From Blastocladiella emersonii ATCC 22665 (Eukaryota; Fungi; Blastocladiomycota): a stretch of 64,000 bases of DNA. Location of the stretch: assembly GCA_025594325.1 (NCBI GenBank), contig JANHCV010000015.1, positions 930,001 to 994,000 of the forward strand, in the 5' to 3' direction. Positions within the stretch are counted from its first letter, which is position 1, and each line of letters starts with the position of its first letter. Position numbers and translations under genes: made by a program. Shown here piece after piece: positions 11,372 through 21,790 of the stretch. The notes beneath the pieces are model-generated. The model was not told where the DNA came from. It worked only from the letters and a program-made list of their open reading frames with translations, and made no database searches.

Positions 11372-13204
11372 TCAATAATAGCCCCGGGCTTGCATCCGCT
11401 TGAACCCGTCAAGCGAAAGGTCCGTGCTGTAGTACGTCGCGCACGACAGATTGGGTAGCGCGCGAGTATCTAGGACATCGATGAGCGAGTCATCCAGCGC
11501 ATTGTCCGAGATCTTGAGTGTCTGGAGCGAGTCGGGCAGCGCGGCCACGAGGAGCGCAAAGGTTTCGTTGACCAACCCAGTCCGCTCAACGTCAAGTTCG
11601 ACAAGCGACGATGCGTCGCGTAGCCACACGACGAGCGCGTCGAGAACATGTTCGGAGAGTCGGAGGCTCGGAAGCTTGAGGTGCGTCATGGACGGAGCAT
11701 GGAGGCGGGCGAGTAGCCGCGAGATCACGTCGGGTCCGGGCTGGCAGTGGTCAAGCGAGAAGCTGGTTATGCTGGGCGGGAGCGTGTCGATGAACTCGAG
11801 CAGATTGAGCGTTGGTGTACTGCGGCCAGAAATCCGGAGGGAACGAAGCCCTGAAGCGCGCGCAAACAGCTGGCTGAGCGCGGCCGGAAGCTGGTGCACG
11901 TCGCCCGAAGCTAGAGACACGGCGAACTCTTGCAGCGAGGCTGGGAGGACTGTTAACGTAGACACTGCGTCGCCGGGAGGAATTTCCGGGGCCTTAAAGC
12001 GCTTGAGTCGCGGCAGCTGACGTTCCACGAACGCTGCCACGAACGCTGTACTGGGCATGGTTCCGGCCATGGAGAGATTCTCAGTAGAGTCGGGAATCGC
12101 TTTGACAACTGCGGCGAGCGAGTCTGCTGGCATGGAACAGCCCCCGACAGCGAGGCAGGTGAGGTTGAGAAGCAAGGGCAGGCGGCGGACAAGTGCTTGC
12201 GTGTCGGCATCACTGAGACTGTCGTTTGTTAGATCGAGCTCGAGTAGTGTGGTAGGTAGCCGATCGAAGACTGGCTGCAGTAAGGCGCCTGTCGACCGAC
12301 GATAGCCGGTGCAATCTGCCAGCGACAGGCGTTGAAGCTGTCGCGGGAGGCAGGCGCCCACCGCCTCAAGCGAAACGCGATTCACGTCGTTGCCGCTTAT
12401 GTCAAGACTGGTGAGCGAGCCAGGAAGCATCAGAGCCAAGCGGATGAGGGTCGAGGCACTCATGCCGCAGCAAGCGAGTGAGAGATCGGTTAGCGAAGCG
12501 TGCAGGCAGGGCAAGGGCTGAGTAAGTTGAATGATCCGGTTGGCGCTCAAGTTGAGCATTTTAACCGAAGCGGGAAGTCGCAGATGAAGCAAGTCTGCTC
12601 CGACAATATCGCACTGAATGAGCGAGATGGACTCCACACGCTGAGCCGGCGAGGCGAGCACGCACGAGAGCTCGTCGAGGCCAGCGGCGGTTACACGACG
12701 GTTCTCAAGCTTGACCTCACGGCACCGGCCGGCCGTAATATCGTCGGCCATTCGCGCGAGGGCTGCGTCGCCCGGTCCTACGCCGGGCGCCGGTGCTGGC
12801 TCATAAAGATCCAGTGCCACTTGAAGCTTGGGAAGCATGAAATGCGAAATGCGAATAGAGACAGCGTTTTCGCGCCAAAACGCGATCACGTCCTCGTGCC
12901 CGTTGAGCATGGCCTGCACAAAGTGTCCGCCCACGGCGTCTATGGAGAGGTTTGGTCCATCGACGTCATGCCAGAGCCGAAGCAGCTTGGCGTTACCGGA
13001 ACGCGTGGCATGTTCGATCGAGAGACTCGGAAAGGAGCGCAGAACCGTTCGTGCGACTCTCGGGGCTCGGACCCGCGGCATAACGCGCAAGTACGGCAGA
13101 ACGCCGCTGACGTCTTCGTCGCGGTTGCCGTGCAGGCGGACCGCGCGGACGAGGATGTCCTCGATGAGGTCGTCAACGTGGAGCCTGCGTTGCACCAAGT
13201 CCAT
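11372..13204 (-). CDS. Intronless leucine-rich repeat (RNI-like) protein with an F-box-like/ankyrin-like N-terminus
   Basis: 610-aa ORF with repeated LxxLxLSxN motifs (VKMLNLSANRI, LTSLDISGNDV, LLELDLTNDSL, LQTLKISDNAL). The N-terminal LIEDILVRAVR and HATRSGNAKLLRLW/AMLNGHEDVIAFW segments are helical-repeat-like. Confidence 0.8.
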   Translation of the reverse strand: MDLVQRRLHVDDLIEDILVRAVRLHGNRDEDVSGVLPYLRVMPRVRAPRVARTVLRSFPSLSIEHATRSGNAKLLRLWHDVDGPNLSIDAVGGHFVQAMLNGHEDVIAFWRENAVSIRISHFMLPKLQVALDLYEPAPAPGVGPGDAALARMADDITAGRCREVKLENRRVTAAGLDELSCVLASPAQRVESISLIQCDIVGADLLHLRLPASVKMLNLSANRIIQLTQPLPCLHASLTDLSLACCGMSASTLIRLALMLPGSLTSLDISGNDVNRVSLEAVGACLPRQLQRLSLADCTGYRRSTGALLQPVFDRLPTTLLELDLTNDSLSDADTQALVRRLPLLLNLTCLAVGGCSMPADSLAAVVKAIPDSTENLSMAGTMPSTAFVAAFVERQLPRLKRFKAPEIPPGDAVSTLTVLPASLQEFAVSLASGDVHQLPAALSQLFARASGLRSLRISGRSTPTLNLLEFIDTLPPSITSFSLDHCQPGPDVISRLLARLHAPSMTHLKLPSLRLSEHVLDALVVWLRDASSLVELDVERTGLVNETFALLVAALPDSLQTLKISDNALDDSLIDVLDTRALPNLSCATYYSTDLSLDGFKRMQARGYY

Positions 13205-13371
13205 GATTCATTCGTTGCATCAGCGAGTGTGGGTTGGGGGAGTGAGCGAGCCAGGGGTGATCGCCGAGAAAGAAGGGCGCGTGGTTCAGAACCTCGGCCT
13301 GAGGAGCGCCACACGCGCTCGCTCCCCTCCAGTCAAAAAGTCAAGTCCAATCCACATTTTAGTCGAGTCTA

Positions 13372-14013
13372 TTACACGACGCGCAGCTTGCGCACGGTTC
13401 CGTCGAGCAGGTGCACCTCGACAGTCATTTTCTGATATTCCCAATCTCCACCGTCGACGCGCGCGAGCTTGGCGTCGACCTTGCCGATGCCGCGGTCGGC
13501 GGCCTTGATGTAGAAGCGCATCTTCATGGCAAAGTGTCCTGGCGCGGTCTCGGTGATGGTGTGCGGGACGTGGCGGGCGCGACGGTGCCGCTCGCCGTCC
13601 ACGTCCATGAGGCCCTTGAACTCGGTGCCGAGCAGGCTGGTGACGGCGGTGACGTTGCGCAGGCGCTCGACCGTCGTGGTGTAGACGTTGTTGGGCGACT
13701 TGGACGAGAAGAGGTCGTCGCCCAGCGCGTACAGGATCAGGCCGCCGACGCTGACGCCGAACAGGACGACGCCGACCTGGCCGCCGGTGCGGAAGAAGTT
13801 GTAGACGGACCGGCCCGCACGGGCGAGTGCTGGCGGGACCTGTGGCCGGCGCGACTTGGCGCCCGAGGCGGTCGCGGACGAGGCCGAGGATGACGACCGC
13901 GACGTGGCGAGGGCACGGGTCGGTGCGCGGCCGGGCGCCAGGCGCACTGCACCTAGTGCGGCGCGACGCGAGGCCGCCGCGACGGCGTGGACGCGACTTG
14001 CATTAGCTATCAT
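13372..14013 (-). CDS. TIM21: Mitochondrial import inner membrane translocase subunit Tim21-like
   Basis: Arg/Ala/Ser-rich presequence, single TM (VVLFGVSVGGLILYAL), then DLFSSKSPNNVY...MRFYIK...WEY typical of Tim21. Confidence 0.8.
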   Translation of the reverse strand: MIANASRVHAVAAASRRAALGAVRLAPGRAPTRALATSRSSSSASSATASGAKSRRPQVPPALARAGRSVYNFFRTGGQVGVVLFGVSVGGLILYALGDDLFSSKSPNNVYTTTVERLRNVTAVTSLLGTEFKGLMDVDGERHRRARHVPHTITETAPGHFAMKMRFYIKAADRGIGKVDAKLARVDGGDWEYQKMTVEVHLLDGTVRKLRVV

Positions 14014-14191
14014 TTCGCACGTGACGGGGTTGCACGGCGGGAGAGAGAGCGCGTCGGGCGATCCCGCCGGGATTTCAACGCGGCGCGCCGTTTGCGCTGC
14101 GCTGCGGGCCGCTGTCTCCGCGCTCTCTCTCCCCGACGCTCGCTCCCGCTCCAACTCTAGGCTAAGCTCCGAAATCAATCCCACCGCCACC

Positions 14192-14942
14192 ATGTCGTCG
14201 ATCCTCCCCCGCGCCGTTGTCATCGGCTCCGACCACGCCGGCTTCGCCCTCAAGGAGGAGATCCGCGCCTTCATCGCGTCCAAGTTTGCGTCGATCCAGG
14301 TCGAGGATGTCGGCTGCTACACGGCCGAGCGCGTACGTTCGTTGCTCGAGAGATGCGGTGACGGCTGCCCTTGCTGACACGCGACCGGCCGCATCCAGGT
14401 CGACTACCCGACGTTCGGCAAGCTGGTCGGCACCAAGGTCTCCAAGGAGGTGACTGGTACGATCCCGCTGAGCCTCTCGAGCGAGCTTCAGGTCGGAGCT
14501 GACGCATGGACCATCGCCTGCACGTATAGAGCCCATGCCGTCGACGCTCGGCATCGTCGTGTGCGGCTCGGGCATCGGTATCAGCATCGCGGCCAACGTA
14601 CGTCGTCGGCGTGATCCGGCTCCACTCTCCCCCCATCGGCCGCTGACCCGCGTCCGATTGCGATCCACAGAAGGTCGAGGGTGTCCGCTGCGCCCTGTGC
14701 CACGACCACTACACGGGCAAGATGTCGCGCATGGTACGCTCCCTCTGTGTTAACAGCAGCAGACCCGATGACTGACATGCAGCGACTCGTAGCACAACAA
14801 CGCCAACGTGCTCGCCCTCGGCGGCCGCACCACGGGCGTCGACGTCGCCAAGGAGATTGTCGAGGCCTTCCTGACCACCGGGTTCGAGGGCGGCCGCCAC
14901 GGCGACCGCATCGCCATGCTCGGCAAGGACTCGTCGTGCTAA
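14192..14942 (+). CDS. rpiB: Ribose-5-phosphate isomerase B (4 introns: 14333-14398, 14457-14529, 14598-14670, 14734-14792)
   Basis: Spliced product has [54 protein letters not shown] and FEGGRHGDRI, all RpiB signature motifs. Confidence 0.95.
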
Positions 14943-15015
14943 GCATTCGAGGAGTGGAGGTCGGTAGTATCATATCGTTTAATAGTAGCATCATGTTTTC
15001 GTCGCCAATGGGAGA

Positions 15016-15854
15016 TCACAGGGACTTGAAGTGCTTGGCGAGCGCGCTCTGGGCGTCCTCCTTGACCTCGCCCTTGGTCTCGTCTACAGCAGCACACGGG
15101 TCAGCAGAAGTGCAAGGAGAAGCCCGGACGATCAGCGTACCAAGAGCAGCGGCCAGCTTGGGCAGCACAAAGACCATGCCGAGCGACAGGAACGACATGA
15201 GCATCATGGGGTTCTGCAGCAGCGCGAGCGGGTTGAAGGCCTGGCGCTCGTCAAAGTAGGTGCGGCGCGCCGTTGCCGCCCACTCGACCTCGCCCGTGGT
15301 CGGCGAGAAGTCGAGCGGCTTGCCCGCGTACCGGTTACTGCGGTCCAGCGGCGACCACGCGGCGCGTGCACGCGTCCCGTCGGCGGGGACCGTGATGAGC
15401 AGGTCCCCGAACAGGAACTGCGGATGATCGAGCGAGACACGGTGGGTGCCAACGTCCAGCGCGCTACTCGGCGGGTGCAGAGCGTCAGCGTCTGCCTCAG
15501 CTCATGCGATTCGAGCCAGCGTACAGGTCAATGGCGCCAGCGGACGTCACAGGCGCCCAGCTCGTCATGTTGACGTAGACCTTGCCACCCGAGATAGGTG
15601 CTACACGCGTCGAGCACACGAATGAGCGCGGGTCCGGGAGGCGCAGCGGACGCGAGCCCTACCCTGGAGGAGGTCCTGGCTCACTGGCGGGACCACGCGC
15701 ACGCGGATCGTCTGGAGCTGCGCGGCCACTGCCGAGGTGAGGAGCGCCTGCACAAAGCTGGACGGCAGGGCGTTGATCTCGTCAGCGGATAGTGCAGCCG
15801 GTTGATGCATGGGGCGGCCTACCAGAGGGCGGCCAGGAGCGCAGCAAGCTTCAT
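15016..15854 (-). CDS. EMC7: ER membrane protein complex subunit 7-like (multi-exon)
   Basis: Signal peptide MKLAALLAAL..., and C-terminal YFDERQAFNPLALLQNPMMLMSFLSLGMVFVLPKL. About 4 short GT-AG introns are inferred. Confidence 0.75.
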
Positions 15855-16129
15855 GTGCATGGTGTTGATGCGTTGCAGGGTGCTTCTTGTGGGCCAAGCG
15901 AGCGTCGTCGTCGACACCTCGAGCGCGGGCGTCGGCGGCGGCGGCGTGGCGCACGGACACGTCGGTCGCGCGCGGCGCGGTCACCTGACGCTGTTTGGCG
16001 CCGATCCGCTCTTCTCGCGCTGTGATCTGCCCGCCCTCTCGTCACCAGTTGCCGACCGCGCCATCGCGGCAATCACGAAGCTTACTCTCTGCATCGCCGC
16101 CCTGCGACCCGACCGACGCGCCGGCCACC

Positions 16130-18340
16130 ATGATCCGCCACGCCGCGCCCATCCCGTGGTCCCGCGCTGCAACCGCGGCCCCGAGGCGCGCCATCTCGCT
16201 GGCGACCCGCTCTACCGCACCCTCGGTGTCCAAGATCGCTAGCCGTCATGCCGCCTCGGCCATCACCGGCCTCGATCGCGCCCTGCGACCGGCCACCCGC
16301 GGGCCCGCGCGCCACCTGTCGGGCTTCAACTTCCCGTCGCTCGGCCTGCCAAACCGCCGCCTCGAGCGCCTCGACTCGGAGGCGCAGGCCGCGCCACACG
16401 ACGCCGACGCCCAGGCCGCGCTGTACCGCGAGATCCTGCGCGTCAACGGCGACCCGCACGCCATCATCTCGCGCTTCGAGCAGTACCCGCGCGTCGCCGC
16501 CAACGACGATGCCGCCCGGTCCTACGTCATTGCCCTCACGCGCGCCGGCCTTTCGGACCGCGTCGTGCCCAAACTCCGCGCCTATCTGATCGCCAGCGGC
16601 GCGTCGCCACCGCCGGGTCTCGCCGCCGTCGCGCCTGCTGCGGCAGCGGGGCTCCAGAGCGCGCTGTACGCGGCAGCGGGATCGGGTGCTGGCGCAGGTA
16701 ACGCGTCACCAGTAGCGACCCTCGCGACACCGCCCGGGTTCACGCCCGACCAGCCCATCTACGTCCAGATGCGCGACAAGCCAGAGTTCTCGCTCAAGCG
16801 CGCCGCCTGGTCGTTTGTCCGCACCGCCGCCTGGGCCTTCTTCCTCCTCACTGGCGTCGGCCTCTTCTTCGACAGCCAGGGCGTCTTCAAGATCGGCGGC
16901 GCGGGTGGCGCAGCCGGCAGCGTCAACCCGTCCGAGGTCGACCCGCAGAGCATGCCCGCCGTGCGCCTGTCCGACGTGGCCGGCGTCGACGAGGCCAAGC
17001 ACGAGCTCGAGGAGATTGTCAGCTTCCTCAAGGACCCACAACGCTTCACCGGCCTCGGCGGCAAGATGCCGCGCGGCGTGCTGCTGACTGGGCCACCCGG
17101 GACCGGCAAGACACTGGTGCGTCGTCAACCAAGAGCGGGAGATCTCGGAGCAGTAACGCTGACAACCTTTTGCTTTTAGCTGGCGCGCGCGGTTGCGGGC
17201 GAGGCGGGCGTGCCCTTCTTCTTCATGTCAGGTTCCGAGTTCGACGAACTGTACGTTGGCGTCGGCGCGCGGCGCGTGCGTGAGCTGTTCGCCGCGGCCC
17301 GCCGCAAGTCGCCGTCCATCATCTTCATCGACGAGCTCGACGCCATCGGCGGCAAGCGCAACCCAAAGGACCAGAGCTACATGCGCCAGACGCTCAACCA
17401 GCTGCTCGTCGAGCTCGACGGCTTCTCGCAGACCGAGGGCGTCATCGTCATGGCCGCCACCAACTTCCCCGAGATGCTCGACAAGGCCCTGGTGCGCCCC
17501 GGCCGCTTCGACAAGCACGTCAACGTGCCGCTGCCCGACGTGCGCGGCCGCATGCACATCCTCGCCGTGCACCTCAAGAAGATGAGCGTCGACCCCGCCG
17601 TCGACGTGTCCGTGATTGCGCGCGGCACCCCCGGGTTCTCGGGCGCCGAGCTCGCCAACCTCGTGAACCAGGCCGCGCTGCAGGCCTCGCGCGAGGGGTG
17701 CACCGCCATTGAGCACCGCCACTTTGAGTTTGCCAAGGATAAGCTGATTATGGGCGCCGAGCGCAAGTCGGCCGTGATCACCGAGGCGTCGCGCAAGCTC
17801 ACAGCGTTCCACGAGGGCGGGCACGCGCTCGTCGCCATGTACACGGAGGGCGCCATGCCGCTGCACAAGGCCACCATCATGCCGCGCGGCCGCAGCCTCG
17901 GCATGACGGTGCAGCTGCCCGAAATGGACAAGGACAACTACACCAAGAAGGAGTACATGGCCATGATCGACGTGGCCATGGGCGGCCGCGCCGCCGAGGA
18001 GCTGCTGTTCGGGCCCGACAACGTCACGTCCGGCGCCCACAGCGACCTGCAGAACGCGACCGCCGTCGCGCGCAAGATGGTCACGGAGCTCGGCATGAGC
18101 GAGAAGGTCGGCCTCGTCGCGCTGCCCGACGACGAGCTCGCCAACATGTCGTCGGCGACCAAGCAGGCCGTCGAGCAGGAGATCAAGGCCACGGTCGAGC
18201 AGTCGTACACGCGAGCCAAGCAGCTCCTCCGCGCCCGCAAGGACGAGCTCACCCGCCTCGCTAACGCCCTCATCGAGTACGAGACCCTCACGCAGGAGGA
18301 GATGATGAACGCCGTGCGCGGGAAGCCCGTGCGGCCATGA
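16130..18340 (+). CDS. YME1: Mitochondrial i-AAA protease Yme1 (intron 17117-17179)
   Basis: DVAGVDEAK, Walker [18 protein letters not shown], Walker [20 protein letters not shown], and M41 peptidase HEGGH. Confidence 0.96.
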
Positions 18341-18422
18341 AAACGATGGGAACCTGTAATAAACGCTCAAAATTTTGCATAGATCGAGGCAATAGCAGGT
18401 TCATTGGTGCATCCGTCCCACA

Positions 18423-19157
18423 TTACAGCTTCGCGGGACCCGTCGCATGCAGCGTGAGCGGCGGGAACTCGTTCGACAGATCGTAGTACATGACAAAAGC
18501 GTCCGTGAGCTCCTCGGTTTTGCCATCCGCGGCCAAAAGCCGGCCAACCTTGGGGATGCGGCCGACCTGCTGGAAGCCCAGGGAGCGCCAGAGCCGGACC
18601 GACGCGTCGTTGCTCACAAACACGAGGTTGAACACGCTGGCGCGGTAGCCCAGGGCCTTGGCGAGGCGCAGGTACGCGAGGGCCATGGCGCGGCCGACGC
18701 GCCGGCCGCGGTGGGCCGCCGCAACGATGAAGCCGCCGTTCGCGTTCATCGAGCAGCGACCGGGGTAGTTGGGCTTGATGTAGAAGGTTCCAGCGATGCT
18801 GGCGCGGATCTGGTCCATGTCCCAGCGCACGATGGTCGACCAAGACGGAGTCTCGTGCGAGGGCGGCACAAGCACGGCCAGGAACGCGGCCGCGCTCAGA
18901 AAGTAGGCCGCGAAACCGGCGGCGTCCAGGTGGTGCTCCTGCGGGTACGTGTTGCCCGCGGCGATCTCGGCATTGAGCAGGCCCTGGAGGTACGCGAAAA
19001 GCGGCGAGGTGTGCGGAAGCGACGAGGCCTCGACCCGCGCAATGGCGATGTCCTGGCCGCCCGCCGTCGGAGAAGGGAAGCGCAGCTGAGCAAGGACAGG
19101 CGAGAGGTTGATGCCGTCGACCTTGGGACCTGCGATCGCGCCGTACGCAGATGACAT
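18423..19157 (-). CDS. GNAT N-acetyltransferase, Mpr1/L-azetidine-2-carboxylate acetyltransferase family, with C-terminal AKL
   Basis: GNTYPQ, GTFYIKPNYPGRCS..NGGFIV, RGRRVG, FNLVFVSNDASVRLWRSLGF..GRIP. Confidence 0.88.
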   Translation of the reverse strand: MSSAYGAIAGPKVDGINLSPVLAQLRFPSPTAGGQDIAIARVEASSLPHTSPLFAYLQGLLNAEIAAGNTYPQEHHLDAAGFAAYFLSAAAFLAVLVPPSHETPSWSTIVRWDMDQIRASIAGTFYIKPNYPGRCSMNANGGFIVAAAHRGRRVGRAMALAYLRLAKALGYRASVFNLVFVSNDASVRLWRSLGFQQVGRIPKVGRLLAADGKTEELTDAFVMYYDLSNEFPPLTLHATGPAKL

Positions 19158-19381
19158 GGTGAGAGTTAATGCGGGGACCGTCGTGGCAAAGTGCAAGAAG
19201 TTTGGCTGACCAGCAGCAAGGTTACATGAGACCGTGGTAGGGTAGATATCGAGAGCGAGGACGGATTCGCTCAGGGACGCGAGGGTTGCCGTGTTGCCGA
19301 CCCGACCCGACCCGCGTCAAGGGAACTGCCCGCGTCCCATCTCCGTGAGCGACGCGGTCCTAGTTCTCCCTCCCCGCCACC

Positions 19382-21222
19382 ATGAAAACGAATGAAAGTA
19401 GGCCGCCACACTCGGTGCACGAGCCGCTCGTAAGCTCGCCGCGCAGCGTCCGCGTGCTCGCGCTGCTCGTCGTGTTCCGGGTGTGGAACGCGCTCTCCAT
19501 CGCCACCTTCTTCAGCCCCGACGAGTACTGGCAGTCGCTCGAGATCGCGTATCTGGCCGTGTTTGGGCACGGCGCAGCTACTTGGGAATGGATGCCTGGA
19601 ATCCAGCTGCGCGGCTTCGCGCACCCGGCCATCTATGCCGCCGGCTACAAGGCGCTGGCGTGGTTGGGCATCGCTCAGTCCGATCTTCTGGTACTATCCA
19701 TGGTCTCTACCCGTCGAATTCGATGCTAAACCCGGTCTCTATTACCACAGATTGCGCTTCCAAGGGTCCAGCAAGGGATCCTCGCTGCTCTCGCCGACTA
19801 CATGACGTTCCGGCTCGCCCGCTCGGAGCACGGGCCGCGGACAGCGCGCTGGGCTCTCATCGCGTCATGCGCGTCGTGGTTCAACTGGTTCTCGCTCCCA
19901 CGTACGCTCGGAAACTCGCTCGAGGCAGTGTGCTTCACGGCGGCAGCGTACCACTGGTCTCGCCACAGCTTCACGATTGCGACGGCACTTCTCGGTCTGA
20001 CTGTGCTCTCGCGGCCGACAGCGGTCGTTATCGCCGCCTTGCTTGTCCTCGTTCGTCCGCCTCCGCAAGGACAGCGCGTCCGAGCGTTTGTAACCTTGAT
20101 TGCAGGCGCCATCCTGATCGTGTTGCTCTCAGCGATAGTGGACGGGATCGGTTACCGCATCGTTTACGACCACCTTGAGCAATCCCTGGCTGGCGCTGGA
20201 CCTGGTTCGCTCACGCGTGACGCGGGCTGGCCGCTCGTAGCGTGGAACTTTGTCCGCTTCAACATCGGACATGACATTGCGTCGTTTTACGGGACGCACC
20301 CGTGGCACTGGTACCTGAGCTCTGGCTGGCCAACGCTGCTTGGGCCGTACCTGCTGCTCCTACCCTGGTTTGCGGCCGACTGGGCACGCCACTGGACGGG
20401 CCGCTTGACGGTACTCGCTACGGTTGTCTACTCGCTGCTCGGCCACAAGGAGTTTCGCTTCCTGGCATGTGTCCTCCCGCTTGCACTGGTTGGCGTCGGA
20501 CGCGGTCTTGCGGCCGTGACGAGCGGTATCGCTCAGCGGGCGCCGTGGCGGTCAAGGGCGACACCTCGCCGCGCTCTGGTTCTTGTGGTTGCAATCGTGA
20601 GCAGCCTCCTCGCTGTGTACACAACACGATTGCACCAGCGCGGCGTCATGGACGCGTCGTGGCACTTGCGCCGCGTTGCCGCCAAGGATGCGACGGCAAG
20701 CGTGTACTGGATGGCCCCGTGCCACAGCGCGCCGCTTTACAGCTACATTGGGCGGCCGATCCGAACGGGCTGGTTGACATGCGAGCCACCAGTCCACCAC
20801 TCGGCGCAAAACGCGGACGAATATCAGGACGAGAGCGACGTATTCTACGCCAACGTCACGGCGGCCCTCGAACAGTGGCGGTGGTCCGAGCGCTGGCGAA
20901 CCGCTTCAGTGTACCTTCCGCGCAATGTCACCAACTCGCTGGTGCCCGATGCTCCCGCTTCTCATCTGGTCGTGTTCGACGCGCTGTGGCAGTCGCACCA
21001 GTCGGTCGGCGTGCTCACTCAGTACAAGGAGGTCCGCTTCTACTCCATCTCTGCTCCTGTCCCGGTGCACGCTAACGCTCGCGCTCCCGAGTGTAGTGCG
21101 GGCGGTACTTCAACTCGCACTGGCACGACGACGCACGACGGCGTGGGGATGTGGTCATCCTGTGCCGTCGTTCCCGAAACTCGACCACCTCCGTTCCAGA
21201 TTCTGCGCAGCATAATACATGA
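19382..21222 (+). CDS. GPI10: GPI mannosyltransferase 3 (PIG-B/Gpi10) (introns 19691-19750, 21032-21096)
   Basis: TFFSPDEYWQSLE...TWEW...LRG, RTLGNSLE, FYGTHPWHWY, HKEFRF, PCHSAP, TCEPP, YQDESDVFY, and YFNSHWHDD after splicing. Confidence 0.93.
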
Positions 21223-21790
21223 GCGATTAGGCTTGATGGAGCACGCGCCGTGTGCGAGCAAGCGAGTGGCGCCGGCGACGCGGCACCAACGCGTCGATCA
21301 GGTCACGTGGGCTGCAGCAGCCGGGTGGCGTCGCTCGCGCACCCCTGGCCGCGGGCCTCGCCGCCACCCGCCCGCCCCCGCCGTTGCCCCCCTCTCGTCG
21401 CCTGCCCTCCTTCCCTCCCCTGGTCGCCCAGATCGCCGAGATTGCAACCTGCTCGCTGCAACGCACGCTATACCACCCTGCGGCCCCGAATTCCGGTGTC
21501 CCAGCTAGACGGCGACTTGGAGCGCCCCCGATTGATTCCCTCCCCTCCCGCGAGACTAGACGACTCGGATCACGTACGCTGCCCCTGTTGCCGATCCTGC
21601 GGGCATCCTGTCGTCGGGACTACAGGGCGATCTCTGCGGTGCCACCCTGGTCGCCGCGGACCCATCGCTTGCCCATTCCCCATCAGGAGGCGATGCGATG
21701 GCTGCTCACTGCCCAGGGACCGATCCTGCGATGCGAGTACGGGTTAACCGTAGCCTGTTACACTGTAGCCGTGATCCCTAACACCGTGCC

